Source: Pirellulales bacterium
GTDB lineage: Bacteria > Planctomycetota > Planctomycetia > Pirellulales > PALSA-1355
Length of the DNA: 64,000 nt
Reading direction: 5' to 3'
Assembly (NCBI GenBank): GCA_963733035.1
Contig: CAVTBU010000005.1
Coordinates: 1,216,001 to 1,280,000, forward strand
A program made the position numbers and the translations under genes. The notes beneath the pieces are model-generated. The model had not been told where the DNA came from, did no database searches, and worked only from the letters and a program-made list of their open reading frames with translations. Below, in pieces: positions 63,829-64,000 of this stretch (position 1 is the first letter of the stretch; every line of letters begins with the position of its first letter).

Positions 63829-64000
63829 TTAGAGATACATGCCCACGAAACCACCACGTTCATCGCACTCGGCTTGGAGCTTTTCGATGCGTGCCAGCGT
63901 CTGCGCGAGGTCGCCCGCCTCAATGTAGCGGTCGAACTCAACTTCCACCGCCCGCGATACGCCCTCGGCCAGCCAGTCGGTGGCCGGAGCGGTCAGCCAG
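63829..64000 (-). CDS. 3' end of a hypothetical protein (runs off the window)
   Basis: Open frame ...TDWLAEGVSRAVEVEFDRYIEAGDLAQTLARIEKLQAECDERGGFVGMYL, TAA at 63829-63831. Confidence 0.65.
   Translation of the reverse strand, partial: WLTAPATDWLAEGVSRAVEVEFDRYIEAGDLAQTLARIEKLQAECDERGGFVGMYL

Overview
GC-rich bacterial chromosome segment. Gene content and protein style point to a planctomycete (Pirellulales-like); this is inferred from sequence only. It is mostly core genome: a pilM-led type IV pilus-like operon, cmk-plsC, ffh-rpsP-trmD-rplS-yraN, argB-argD-argF-rph, glmU(N-domain)-prs-rplY-pth-rpsF-ssb-rplI-dnaB-bamA, a sigma70-family factor, a YtrA/GntR-ABC module, rpsA, feoA-feoA-feoB with a Fur-like box, cysK, acs, tmk, a WYL regulator and a large TolC-family lipoprotein. 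I found no rRNA, tRNA, CRISPR array, transposase or integrase. Four genes, including essential dnaB, carry six apparent frameshifts. All six lie at or next to GCGC, which suggests read errors caused by a methylated GCGC motif rather than real pseudogenes. The best novelty candidates are: (1) an orphan ~85-nt two-hairpin sRNA divergent from rpsA; (2) a 956-aa zinc-ribbon/acidic/TM protein with 14 D(P/L)F-type repeats; (3) an ABC membrane partner containing an LRR domain under a clear YtrA-type operator; (4) a BamA with a ~240-aa Pro-rich insert carrying two RGQSPD motifs; (5) a secreted Tyr/Arg-rich YRPY-repeat protein. None is confirmed, and all start codons are best estimates.
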